Shown here: positions 16,145-25,714 of the stretch, in pieces
Layout: every line of letters starts with the position of its first letter
Position numbering within the stretch: the first letter of the stretch is position 1
Assembly: GCA_005791255.1 (NCBI GenBank)
Contig: SXXK01000385.1
Location: 1-60,256, forward strand
Reading direction: 5' to 3'
Origin: Planctomyces sp.
Lineage (GTDB): Bacteria; Planctomycetota; Planctomycetia; Planctomycetales; Planctomycetaceae
Length of the DNA stretch: 60,256 nucleotides
Translations under genes and position numbers: made by a program
The notes under the pieces: generated by a model
Databases searched by the model: none
Told to the model about the DNA's origin: nothing
What the model saw: the letters and a program-made list of their open reading frames with translations, nothing else

Positions 16145-17716
16145 ATGGGTCGGTGTCCCGAATTCTGGCGCTGCGCTGTTCGCAGTCTGACCCTGCTGAC
16201 CCTGCTCACGCACCTCAGTCATGCTCGGGGCCAGCAGCCTGCCGGCATACAGATTGTCGATCGGGCGACAGGTCGTGGAATTCCGCTGGCGGAACTGACT
16301 ACGGTGGACGGAGTCGTGTATCTGACTGACAGTGGCGGACGAGTGGCCTTGAACGAGCCTGAACTGCAGGGACAGACGGTGTTCTTCACGGTGCGTTCTC
16401 CTGGCTATGCCGTGGACCGTGATGGTTTTGGCATGGATGGTGTGCGACTGCAACTGCAGTCCGGCAGTCGGCACAGGGTTGAAATGCAGCGCAGCCAGCC
16501 GGCACAGCGACTGTATCGCGTGACTGGACGAGACATCTGGCTGGACACTGTCAGGCTGGGAGAAATGCCGGGGATTACGGCTCCGCTCGGAACTGCCTCA
16601 GTGGTTGGGCAGGATTCGGTACAGACCGCAGTGTACGGGGGCCGGATGTACTGGTTCTGGGGCGATACCAGCCGCTTGTCATATCCTCTGGGGCTGTTTC
16701 GAACGGCGGGGGCTGTCAGTGAGCTGCCGGGGCCGGCCGGTCTGCAGCCGTCAGCGGGAGTGAACCTGGCGTACTTTGTCGGTGCTGACGGGTTTGCCCG
16801 CGCGATGGCGGAAGTTCCTGATCCGACGGGAGTGGTGTGGATTCAGGGTGTGAGTGTGGTGCGGGATGCAGCGGGTCAGGAGCGGATGGTGTGCAGTTTT
16901 TCAAGGCGGCGGGGGCTGGAGGAGCCGCTGCAGCAGGGTCATCTGCTGTGGAATGATCAGCGTGAGATCTTTGAAGTGCTGCATGAGATTCCGCTGCAGG
17001 AACGCTGGCGCCTGCTGCGGGAACATCCGGTGAAGCAGACCATCAGCGGTGTTGAGTATCTGTGTTTTGGGGCACCATTTCCGGTCACGCGGGTCCCTGC
17101 GCGTCTGGAATCTTTGTCTGATCCGCAGGCGTGGGAATCGTGGACCTGTGCAGCGGACCAGCTGAGTGGCGAAGGTCAGACGCTGCCGCAGAGGAATGCT
17201 GCCGGACAGCTCAGCTGGGGCTGGCGGCGTGCGGGCCCGACGACGCAGCAGGACGAGCAGCGGTGGCTGCGAGCAGGGCTGGTGCAGCCGGAGGAACTCT
17301 GTTTTTTGCCGGTGGATGCGGAGCGACCGGATCGGCGGGTACTGCTGCATGCGGGGAGTGTTTACTTCAACAGATATCGTCAGCGCTGGGTGATGATTGG
17401 AAATGAGCAGGCGTGGGAAGCGGGGAGTCCATCATTTTTGGGGGAGGTGTACTATTCGGAATCTGAGTCGGCTCAGGGGCCATTTCGGGCTGCCTTGAAA
17501 GTGGCGACTCATCCGGGGCAGAGCTTTTACAATCCGTGTCAGCATCCGGAGTTTGACGAAGCAGGCGGGCAGCGAATTTTTTTTGAGGGCACCTACACGA
17601 ACACATTCACAAAGTCCGTGGCCACGCCACGTTACAACTACAATCAACTTATGTACATGCTGGATTTGCGGGACGATCGAGTGGTTCGCGCGTTTGGCGA
17701 ACAGGGCGGGCGTTGA
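16145..17716 (+). CDS. Secreted hypothetical protein (N-terminal carboxypeptidase-regulatory-like beta domain)
   Basis: The ATG at 16145 gives the signal peptide MGRCPEFWRCAVRSLTLLTLLTHLSHA. A long ORF with consistent codon bias and no catalytic motif that I recognise. Confidence 0.7.
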   Translation: MGRCPEFWRCAVRSLTLLTLLTHLSHARGQQPAGIQIVDRATGRGIPLAELTTVDGVVYLTDSGGRVALNEPELQGQTVFFTVRSPGYAVDRDGFGMDGVRLQLQSGSRHRVEMQRSQPAQRLYRVTGRDIWLDTVRLGEMPGITAPLGTASVVGQDSVQTAVYGGRMYWFWGDTSRLSYPLGLFRTAGAVSELPGPAGLQPSAGVNLAYFVGADGFARAMAEVPDPTGVVWIQGVSVVRDAAGQERMVCSFSRRRGLEEPLQQGHLLWNDQREIFEVLHEIPLQERWRLLREHPVKQTISGVEYLCFGAPFPVTRVPARLESLSDPQAWESWTCAADQLSGEGQTLPQRNAAGQLSWGWRRAGPTTQQDEQRWLRAGLVQPEELCFLPVDAERPDRRVLLHAGSVYFNRYRQRWVMIGNEQAWEAGSPSFLGEVYYSESESAQGPFRAALKVATHPGQSFYNPCQHPEFDEAGGQRIFFEGTYTNTFTKSVATPRYNYNQLMYMLDLRDDRVVRAFGEQGGR

Positions 17717-17944
17717 ACAGTTTTTTGATGGTCGGAATGCGGAAGTGCTTTCGTGGTAATGACTTGCGGACGATGGGCGGGAGGTTTTGCGGAGCAGTGT
17801 CTGTTTTGCAATCTGGCGAAAAAACCGTCATTTTTGTGCGTAAAAGCGTGATTTTTCGATGTTTTCCTGCTGGAATAGGTGGGCGCACATCGGCGGAATG
17901 GCCTGCGCTGTTGGGTGTGGGCGGGTGTTTTGAGGGGGTTGATC

Positions 17945-18568
17945 ATGGCTGGGGCTGCAAACGGGCCTGATGATTCCGCAGAGAACGAAACTACGGACAG
18001 ATCCCTGGTGGCTCGTCTGCGTGATGGTGATGAATCTGCGGCCAGCGAGCTGTATCGGCGGTATGCGGGTCGGCTGCACGGCCTGGCAGACCGTCAGATG
18101 TCTGCCGGCATTCGCAGAACGCATGAGCCCGATGACATCGTGCAGAGTGCATTTCGCAGTCTTTTTCGGGGTGTTTCGTCAGGTTCGTACGATGCACCCG
18201 AAGGCAATTCGCTGTGGAGTCTGCTGGCGGTCATTGCTATTCATAAGGTGCGTCGCAAGGCATCGCGAGACCGCAGTGTAGCGGCAACATCCTTTGTGCA
18301 GCCGGACGGTGAACCTTCGTCGTCGCAGGAAATTGCCGGGACGATTTCAGAGCAGCAGTTTGAGTGTTCGCTGAGTGAGGCGATTGAGTTTTTGCAGCCT
18401 CAGGAGCGTGAAATTGTGGGGATGAGGGTACAGGGATTTACGGTGGAAGAGATCAGTGCTCGGGTGGATCGCAGTTGTCGCACGGTGGAGCGTACGTTGC
18501 AGCGGATCCGTGAAAAGCTGTCGGAGAAGCTGGAGGCGGACTGGCTGGCTGAAGATTCTTCGGGCTGA
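17945..18568 (+). CDS. ECF sigma factor, Ser/Thr-kinase-associated type
   Basis: SLVARLRDGDESAASELYRRYAGRL and DIVQSAFRSLFRG (region 2). GFTVEEISARVDRSCRTVERTLQRIREKL (region 4). It lies directly upstream of the kinase gene. Confidence 0.85.
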   Translation: MAGAANGPDDSAENETTDRSLVARLRDGDESAASELYRRYAGRLHGLADRQMSAGIRRTHEPDDIVQSAFRSLFRGVSSGSYDAPEGNSLWSLLAVIAIHKVRRKASRDRSVAATSFVQPDGEPSSSQEIAGTISEQQFECSLSEAIEFLQPQEREIVGMRVQGFTVEEISARVDRSCRTVERTLQRIREKLSEKLEADWLAEDSSG

Positions 18569-18828
18569 TGTCCTGCGTATTTTGTGGATTTTTCCGGATT
18601 TAACGCAGTTGTATCCGAGGTTTCTGCGGCAATCCGGCTGAAATCTGCCAGTTGTGTGGCGGACGGTGCCGGTGGTGCGGGCCTTTGCTGTCGGGTGTCC
18701 AGGTGCTCTGACAGCTGATGTACGGCGGTGTCCTGTTTGTCTGCAGTGCATGAAAACCCGCAGGGGAGGGTGTTGTTGGGGATGGCTTCCTGTGGGCGGG
18801 CAGCGGATTAGCTTCAGGTGGTGTCAGT

Positions 18829-21800
18829 ATGAGTCTTGAATCCTCAAGAGCCGCAGTGATTGACGAGGCGATCGAGCTGTTTGAACGCAGCTGGCGGGTG
18901 GATCATCGCAGTCTGATTGAGGAGATTGTGTCAGAATCGCAGTTGTCCGGAGATCCGGAGCTGCTGGCGGAACTGATACGGGTGGACATTGACCGTCGCT
19001 ACTCGGTGGGTGCTGAATTGTCGGTGGGGGATTATTTCGAGCGATTCCCGGTGATTCGGCGGTATGAGTCGCATGTGGCGGCGATTTGTTTTGAGGATTT
19101 TCGTGAGCGCAGGTCGCGTCGTCGCTCGTGTCCTCCCAGTCGCTGGTCCGGTTTTGCGGGAGTGGAGTCGCAGGACTGGTATCGTGAGCTGCTGTCGCAG
19201 ACTCAGATGGCTCGCAGCAGTGCGGTGCAGGGCGAGTTTCCTTCTACGGCTTCGTTTGTCAGCGTGCAGGTGGAGCACGTCGGCGGGGAATTTGTCGCGG
19301 GCGGAGACGCTGCGGCTGTCGAATCGAAGGCTGAGCGGATTGGCGATTTTGAGCTGATGTCACTGTTGGGTGAGGGGGCATTCAGCAGGGTGTATCTGGC
19401 GCGGCAGCTGTCACTGGGCCGGCGTTATGTGGCGGTGAAGGTTGTGGATCGGCCGATGCAGGAGCAGTTTCATCTGGCGCGTCTGCAGCATACGGGAATA
19501 GTGCCGCTGTATTCGTGTCACGAGGTGCAGGGGCGCTGGGTTTTGTGCATGCCGTACAGCGGGGCCACCACGGTGGCTCGCTGGCTGCGTGAAGTTCGCG
19601 AACCGTTTGAGCGGACGGGTGGCAGCCTGAACGGAGTCGTTCGGCGAGCACAGGAAAAGCTGACGCGGCTGCCTGCGGGCAGTTCGGTCGCTGGAACTGA
19701 TACGGATTCGCTACTGACAGAGACGCCGGTGGCGGGGGATGTGCTGAAGTCTCTGCGTCGCTGGCATGAGGCGGCTTCAGGGCCTCTGCAGCAACTGGTG
19801 AAGATGGATGCCGGCAATTTGGCGCTGTGGATTTTTCGTCGCCTCGCCAGTGCTCTGACACACGCGCACCAGCGTGGCATGGTGCATGGGGACCTGAAAC
19901 CGGCCAATATTCTGATTCGCAACGACGGCGAGCCTGCGTTGATTGATTTCAACCTGTCGCAGCACACGGAGAATCGGGAGCGAGTCTGGGTGGGGGGGAC
20001 TCTGCCGTATCTTTCGTGTGAGCAGTTGCGGCAATTGCTGGGGAAGACACCTGGTGCGGCGCGGCCGGAATTTGACGTGCATTCGCTGGGTGTGATTATG
20101 TTTGAAATTTTGGAGGGGCGTCTGCCCTTCCGGGCTCCTGCCAGTACAGCTGTGGAGGAGCTTGAGGCGTCAATTGCCAGCCACGCCAGTCCTCCTGTGT
20201 TCACCAGTGGGGTTGGCAGTACTGGCCTGCGGACGATTGTGGCGGCCTGTTTGTCACCCGGTGTTGCGCAGATTTATCCGACGGCGGCCGAGTTACTGGC
20301 GGACCTGGAGCGGGAAGCGGCCAGTCTGCCTCTGCTGCACGCTTCAGAATCCTTCTGGAAGGGAACGGTTCCGAAGTTTGTGCGACGTTATCCGCGGGCG
20401 ATTTCCAGTGGAGTTGTCTGCACGATTTCCGCACTGATCATCGGCGGATTGATGATGGGGCTCGTGAGTTCGAGGGAGAAAACCGATCGATTGAGGGCAA
20501 TTGAGGTGCTGGAAGAGCTGCGCTCTCTTTCCGACTATGCTTTCAGCACCGTGGCCGTACCTGATCTCGCGGTGGATGCGTTTCAATCAGTGACTTCCGA
20601 AAGCATAGCTTTGCAGTGCATGAAGGCGCTCGGCGCGGAAACTCCTGATGAAATGCTGGACTCATGGGACTGGATGAGTGGCAAGCTGGATCTGGAGAAT
20701 CGCCGGGAGGCGGAAGATCGGCTCAGGGCGCTGGGGTTTGTCGTGGAACAACTGGAGCAGAAATCTGCTGATTCCGGTCCATCTTCTGAAAAGGATGTCG
20801 TGGACAGTTTTCGCAGGACCGTCAGCAGTCTGGCACCATCCCGGAGTTCGACGACTGTTGGGGGAAGTGGAGAGGTTCCGCGTGAAAAGGCACGGGCTTT
20901 GGAGGTTGGCAGCCATGCTCAGATCGTAGCGGCTCTGGAAGGTACTGGGCCGGTGGATCGACTTTTTGCTGCTTCCCTGATGCTGACTCGTGGCCGTCCG
21001 GATGCTGCCATGGCCATCCTGGATGCAACTACGGTTCCGGGAGCGTTCTGGAGCGTTTACTGGGTGATTCGCGGTCGCAGCCATTTTGATATGCAGCAGT
21101 ATCGTGAGGCAATTGCTGCATTTTCATCAGCGCTCAGTTCGTCGGAACAAAGTGTGGCCGCTCGTTACAGTCGGGGACTGGCTCTGATGTACGATGGGCA
21201 GCTTTTGAATGCCGAACAGGATTTTTCGAAACTGATCGAGAACAATCCGCAGCTGCCCGAAGCCTGGGCACAGCGTGCGATGGTCCGCCAGTCTCTCAGG
21301 AAATATGACGATGCCGTGGCGGATCTGGATGAGGCGATTAAGCTGAGGCCGGATGGCAGTCGACTGCGACTGATGCGTGGGAGGCTGCTGACGACGCTGA
21401 AAAAAGAGCAACAGGCCGAGGCAGATTTCAGTTACGCAATGCAGCATCAGCCGACCACGGCGCTGGACTGGATCTCAAGGGCCATTTCGCTGTTCGACCG
21501 CAAGCCCGAAGATGGACTCCGGGATCTGCAGCAGGCTGAAAAGCTCTATGGACCGAATCCGTTGATCCTGCAGCCTATGGCCCACGTACTTTCCGAACGG
21601 CTGAATCGCCCTGATGAATCCATTCAGGTGCTCGACCGGCTTCTCGGCAGCAGTCCTCGCTATCAGAAGGCACTTTCCGGAAGAGCTGTGCTGCATGCCC
21701 GTGCCGGTCGTTGGGACCTGGCTCGGCAGGATGTGGATACACTGCTGGCGATGCCGGAACGTCGGGGCAATGACATCAATTACCAGATTGCCTGCGTCTA

Positions 21801-21993
21801 TGCGTTGATGTCCCAGAAGCACCAGGAGTTGGCCCAGGAAGCGATCAGCTGGCTGGCTCGGGCTGTGGCTGGTGGCTATGGCCGTGACATTATTGACACT
21901 GACACGGATCTGCAGCCGATTCGCGGCATGCAGGATTTTCAAATGATTCGCCGCACGGCCCGAATTCTGAGTCAGCAGAAGGACCAAAGATAA
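18829..21993 (+). CDS. Transmembrane Ser/Thr protein kinase with C-terminal TPR repeats
   Basis: Kinase subdomains GEGAFSRVYLA, VAVKVV, HGDLKPANILI, DFNLS. One TM helix (ISSGVVCTISALIIGGLMMGLV). TPR-like repeats follow (YSRGLALMYDGQLLNAEQDFSKLIENNP..., AWAQRAMV...). Confidence 0.9.
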   Translation: MSLESSRAAVIDEAIELFERSWRVDHRSLIEEIVSESQLSGDPELLAELIRVDIDRRYSVGAELSVGDYFERFPVIRRYESHVAAICFEDFRERRSRRRSCPPSRWSGFAGVESQDWYRELLSQTQMARSSAVQGEFPSTASFVSVQVEHVGGEFVAGGDAAAVESKAERIGDFELMSLLGEGAFSRVYLARQLSLGRRYVAVKVVDRPMQEQFHLARLQHTGIVPLYSCHEVQGRWVLCMPYSGATTVARWLREVREPFERTGGSLNGVVRRAQEKLTRLPAGSSVAGTDTDSLLTETPVAGDVLKSLRRWHEAASGPLQQLVKMDAGNLALWIFRRLASALTHAHQRGMVHGDLKPANILIRNDGEPALIDFNLSQHTENRERVWVGGTLPYLSCEQLRQLLGKTPGAARPEFDVHSLGVIMFEILEGRLPFRAPASTAVEELEASIASHASPPVFTSGVGSTGLRTIVAACLSPGVAQIYPTAAELLADLEREAASLPLLHASESFWKGTVPKFVRRYPRAISSGVVCTISALIIGGLMMGLVSSREKTDRLRAIEVLEELRSLSDYAFSTVAVPDLAVDAFQSVTSESIALQCMKALGAETPDEMLDSWDWMSGKLDLENRREAEDRLRALGFVVEQLEQKSADSGPSSEKDVVDSFRRTVSSLAPSRSSTTVGGSGEVPREKARALEVGSHAQIVAALEGTGPVDRLFAASLMLTRGRPDAAMAILDATTVPGAFWSVYWVIRGRSHFDMQQYREAIAAFSSALSSSEQSVAARYSRGLALMYDGQLLNAEQDFSKLIENNPQLPEAWAQRAMVRQSLRKYDDAVADLDEAIKLRPDGSRLRLMRGRLLTTLKKEQQAEADFSYAMQHQPTTALDWISRAISLFDRKPEDGLRDLQQAEKLYGPNPLILQPMAHVLSERLNRPDESIQVLDRLLGSSPRYQKALSGRAVLHARAGRWDLARQDVDTLLAMPERRGNDINYQIACVYALMSQKHQELAQEAISWLARAVAGGYGRDIIDTDTDLQPIRGMQDFQMIRRTARILSQQKDQR

Positions 21994-22196
21994 GCGGTGG
22001 CTCATCTGCCACCTGAAGACAAAACCCTCCCGCTGCTCCCGGACTTTCCGACAAAAAATCTTTTCCGGATTTTCGTGGCGGGCTGCTGCCGCTGCCTGGC
22101 CTTCTTGGACAGGTGTCTGAGCGGATTTCCGGATGCCTGCGCACCGCTGAATTTCCAGCAGCCTGCGTTTTATCAGTCTGAACTGAAGGGGCTCGC

Positions 22197-24299
22197 ATGT
22201 TTTTCTCACACCGTTCGGGAAAATCTCGCCGCAAAGGATCTGCGGCGTTCAGTGGTGTGGAAGCCCTCGAAATTCGCAGTCTGCTGACCACCTACGGCCT
22301 GCCATGGTCAGACCCCAGAAGTCTCAGCATCAGTTTTCCGGGTGACGGGACTCCGATTGGCAGTGAGGCCAACGACATTCGACAGACGCTGGATGCCGTC
22401 ACTACTCGTACTCGCTGGCAGACAGCCGCCCTGCAGGCCTTCCAGACATGGGCCGAGGTTGCCAATATCAATGTGGGTCTGGTGGCCGATCGCAGCGACG
22501 CTTTCGGCACTGCCGGACTGGCGTCAAACGATCCCCGTTTCGGGGAATTTCGCATTGGGGCGTTCAGCCAGCCTGGTGTGCTGGCCAGTGCTGTGCCGTT
22601 TCAGCCTGTGGCCGGGACATGGTCTGGTGATGTGCTGCTGAACAGCGATGTCTCGTGGTATCTGGGAAACTCACCCGCTCAGCAGGCTCCCGGGGGTAAA
22701 GGTTACGAACTGCGTACCGTGCTGCTGCACGAGGCCGGCAATTCTCTGGGGCTGGAAGATCGGCAGGATGCCGGGTATGTGATGTCAGCTCAGTACACCA
22801 GTCCCCGCTGGTCACTGACTGCTGGTGACATCAGTGCCATCCGGGCCATCTACGGAGCTCGGCAGGACATCTGGGAATCAGTGCCGAACGAAAATTCAGC
22901 CACAGCCACGCCGATAGTGCTGACGGCGGCCGAAGCGGCAGTCGGTCGTGCTGTACGCAGCGGCAGTCTGAATACAGCAGACGATCGTGATTTTTATTCA
23001 TTCGTGATGCCTGCCGAAAAAACATCTGCTACTGTGACCGTTTGGGCATCCGGCATCAGTCTGCTGGAGTCGCGACTGAGGGTGCGTAAGGAGCAGGGTG
23101 GTGTGCTGGGCAGTGATGCTGTTTCCGGCGTGTTTCAGAATAACGGTCGTGTCCATCTGACTGGGCTGACGCCGGGGGCTACGTACGTCATCTCTGTTGA
23201 TTCGCTGGAGAATTCCAGCTTCAGAGTCGGTGACTATCGACTGGATCTTGATTATCGCGATCCTGCTCAGCTGACGCCGACGACTTCAGCAAACTATGAC
23301 TCGGCTGCGTACTCCGGCCGACAGCGACTGCAGAATGCCGACAATGTCGGGTTGCCGCAGTTGTTCAGCACAGGACTGGTGGACTCTGAAGTGGGGCAGA
23401 ATGATCGACCTGCGACTGCCACGGCCCTGCAGTCAACTCCGGGCTTCATTTCTCAAAGCCGTTACGAGGCCATGGGAGCAATTGCCACTGCGGTGGATCG
23501 GGACCTTTACACCATCGTTGCTCCGGCAGGCGCTGTTGGTTCCCTGAACATCACCCTGACTGCTCTAGGGACCGTTCGACCGGATCTGACTGTGGTGGTG
23601 ATGAATCAGGCCGGCGATCGGATGCCGTCTCAGTTGAAGGTGGGCAGTGATGGTCTGCAGAGCCTTGTGGTGCCCAATGCGGTTCCGGGGCAGACGTATG
23701 TGGTGGGTGTCTGGCAGCGGGCGGGGGCAGTGCAGTCGACGGGGAATTACCTGGTGACAGCGGATTTTTCCACCGCTGCGGCTCAGATGACGGTGCTGAC
23801 TGAAAAGTCATTGGCCATTGGTGCCGTTGATGCAGATCTGCTCAGCTCGAGCAAGTCGCAGCTGTTCCGTTTTGATCTGACGACATTCAGCACGTCTGCG
23901 GGCAAAGCGACCCTGATCAGTATTATTGATGTGCGGACCCAGCAACTGGTCCGCACGATTTCTGCCGCTGGCGGTGTCACAGCATCAGCCTTTGTCTGGC
24001 TGCCTGTGGGTGACTATCAGGTGGTGGCCAAAGCATATGCTCAGGGGTCAACCGTGACCGGCCCTGTGTCGTATCGCCTGCTGGCTGACGTGGTCAGTGA
24101 TGATGATGGCCCTGGCTACTCTGATCCTACACTGCCACCACCACCATCGGAACCACCACCATACACATACAACGAGAACCCGGATGGTAGTCCGACCGAT
24201 CCGACGCTGCCGGGGCCGGAAGATGACCCGTTCTACCAGATTCCGTGGTGGGATATGGTGGAACGGTACTTTGACGATCTGTTTGGTTCCGGCACCTGA
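22197..24299 (+). CDS. Secreted matrixin(M10)-like protein with variant zinc motif and two PPC-like domains
   Basis: N-terminus ...GVEALEIRSLL. Protease-like block TVLLHEAGNSLGLED...YVMSAQY...ISAIRAIYG. DRDFYSF and DRDLYTI beta-domains. Pro-rich acidic tail. Confidence 0.8.
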   Translation: MFFSHRSGKSRRKGSAAFSGVEALEIRSLLTTYGLPWSDPRSLSISFPGDGTPIGSEANDIRQTLDAVTTRTRWQTAALQAFQTWAEVANINVGLVADRSDAFGTAGLASNDPRFGEFRIGAFSQPGVLASAVPFQPVAGTWSGDVLLNSDVSWYLGNSPAQQAPGGKGYELRTVLLHEAGNSLGLEDRQDAGYVMSAQYTSPRWSLTAGDISAIRAIYGARQDIWESVPNENSATATPIVLTAAEAAVGRAVRSGSLNTADDRDFYSFVMPAEKTSATVTVWASGISLLESRLRVRKEQGGVLGSDAVSGVFQNNGRVHLTGLTPGATYVISVDSLENSSFRVGDYRLDLDYRDPAQLTPTTSANYDSAAYSGRQRLQNADNVGLPQLFSTGLVDSEVGQNDRPATATALQSTPGFISQSRYEAMGAIATAVDRDLYTIVAPAGAVGSLNITLTALGTVRPDLTVVVMNQAGDRMPSQLKVGSDGLQSLVVPNAVPGQTYVVGVWQRAGAVQSTGNYLVTADFSTAAAQMTVLTEKSLAIGAVDADLLSSSKSQLFRFDLTTFSTSAGKATLISIIDVRTQQLVRTISAAGGVTASAFVWLPVGDYQVVAKAYAQGSTVTGPVSYRLLADVVSDDDGPGYSDPTLPPPPSEPPPYTYNENPDGSPTDPTLPGPEDDPFYQIPWWDMVERYFDDLFGSGT

Positions 24300-24321
24300 G
24301 CATTCTGAATCAAAGTATGAC

Positions 24322-24356
24322 AGCGGCAGGCAGCAATTGCCTGCCGCTTTTGTTTT
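24322..24356 (+). terminator. Rho-independent terminator
   Basis: gcggcaggca / tgcctgccgc 10-bp stem followed by ttttgtttt, 23 nt after the stop at 24299. Confidence 0.65.
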
Positions 24357-24650
24357 GCCGGGCGTCGGTATCGCAGGTGGGTCCGAGGTCTGTATTTTTG
24401 GCCTTGTTGAAACCTCGCATCGCCCGTCTGTTGCATTGCTGCAGCGTTGCAAAATGGCAGCATTGACGGCATCTGGACGGCACGAGTTAACAATTCGTGC
24501 GGACCATCGAATACCTCCATCGCGATTTGCGCCGCAAAAAGAAACAGTGTGCGGCTGATGTTGATTTTTACCTGAAAAAACGCGTTGTGCGGGTATTCCC
24601 TCGAATTCAGGGCACTGCTTTTGCTCCCTGATTCCGGTGTTCAGTGACGT

Positions 24651-24668
24651 TGTTGCAATACCGCAACC
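24651..24668. promoter_or_regulatory. TGTTGC-N6-GCAAC palindrome (copy 1 of 3)
   Basis: tgttgc aatacc gcaacc, about 30 nt upstream of the TTG start at 24699. Confidence 0.3.
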
Positions 24669-24698
24669 TTCTGACCCCAGAATCAAAGGGCTCCTCAG

Positions 24699-25466
24699 TT
24701 GAAACTCTCCGCACTTCCCGAAATCGCTGCACTGCTGGCTGCACACGGGCAAAGTTTCGCCGAACAGGCAAATGCTGTCTCTGTCCAGGTGATTGGCGAC
24801 TACTATGTGTACAGCCGCAATCGATTCAATCGCTGGATGCGACTGCTGGATCATCTGGAAAGCGGTGGCGAAACGACTGCTTCTGCTGATGGTACCAGGG
24901 GTGTTCGCATCGAAAGCGGTATTCCCCTGATCAGGGAAGTTTCCGAACAGATCCTCATCAATGAAATGCTGGCCCGTGTCTGGACAATCCTGCTGATTGC
25001 TCAGGATCGTCATCGTGGCTGCAGTGACTCTGAAGCACTTGCCACGAATGTGCTGCTTGGGCATCAGGCACTGCGTCGCCGACTGCTGCGGCTCTGTCGC
25101 AGCGAAGAACTTGTCGACTCTGAATTCTCGCTCCGCATCGAACATCTCCGCCGGGAAACTGAGGTCTGGACGGATATTCTGTGCTGTCCCTTCATGAAGC
25201 GTTATGATCTGTGGTCGTTCGCGTGTGATGACGAGGACGCTCGGGACTACTTCCGCCAGCGTCAGGAACGATGTGCTCTGGATTCCGACAGTGCAGCGTG
25301 GGTTGCCATGCTCGGCGGATTGCGGGACAGCTTCAGTGAAGTTGACCAGACCGCTGTTTTGGTGGCTCAGGATGACGTTCGCATTATCCGTCTGATGGCC
25401 TCGTGTTTTCCGGCCAGCTGCACAGAAATCAATTGGCTGACGGCTCGGCTGCCACTCGGTGTCTGA
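24699..25466 (+). CDS. Hypothetical protein (255 aa, soluble, Leu/Arg-rich)
   Basis: TTG start. Its composition is protein-like, whereas the overlapping 486-aa minus-strand ORF reads as W/R/C-rich nonsense. Confidence 0.6.
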   Translation: MKLSALPEIAALLAAHGQSFAEQANAVSVQVIGDYYVYSRNRFNRWMRLLDHLESGGETTASADGTRGVRIESGIPLIREVSEQILINEMLARVWTILLIAQDRHRGCSDSEALATNVLLGHQALRRRLLRLCRSEELVDSEFSLRIEHLRRETEVWTDILCCPFMKRYDLWSFACDDEDARDYFRQRQERCALDSDSAAWVAMLGGLRDSFSEVDQTAVLVAQDDVRIIRLMASCFPASCTEINWLTARLPLGV

Positions 25467-25714
25467 GATTTCCGGCAACCGGTCAGACCGGCAGATTTGG
25501 ATCGGCAACAGTCACCTGCCCGCCAGGGTATTCGGAAAATTCTGCGGTTGCTGCTGACATTGGTGTTCCTGAATCTGCCGATCCCCGGCAGTTCCGCGGA
25601 AAGTCCGTTGTTCAAGCGACTTTTTCCGGATAACAAAGTTGCCATGAACGATCCGGGGCGGGGTAGGTTCCGCGTAGGGGCCTCCCGGTGGGCTGCTGTA
25701 TTTCTGATGTATCG

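Noticed and set aside
21996-22013. ggtggc-tcatct-gccacc hairpin 3 nt after the kinase stop, as a terminator
   Set aside because: It has only a 6-bp stem and no U-run. It is possibly an RNA-stability hairpin, but the evidence is too weak to call as a feature.
24048-25508. 486-aa minus-strand ORF, the longest ORF in this stretch
   Set aside because: It overlaps the 3' end of the matrixin-like gene and all of the plus-strand gene at 24699-25466. Its translation is W/R/C/Q-rich and low in plausibility (for example RWWWWQCRIRVARAIII). This is a typical high-GC antisense shadow ORF.
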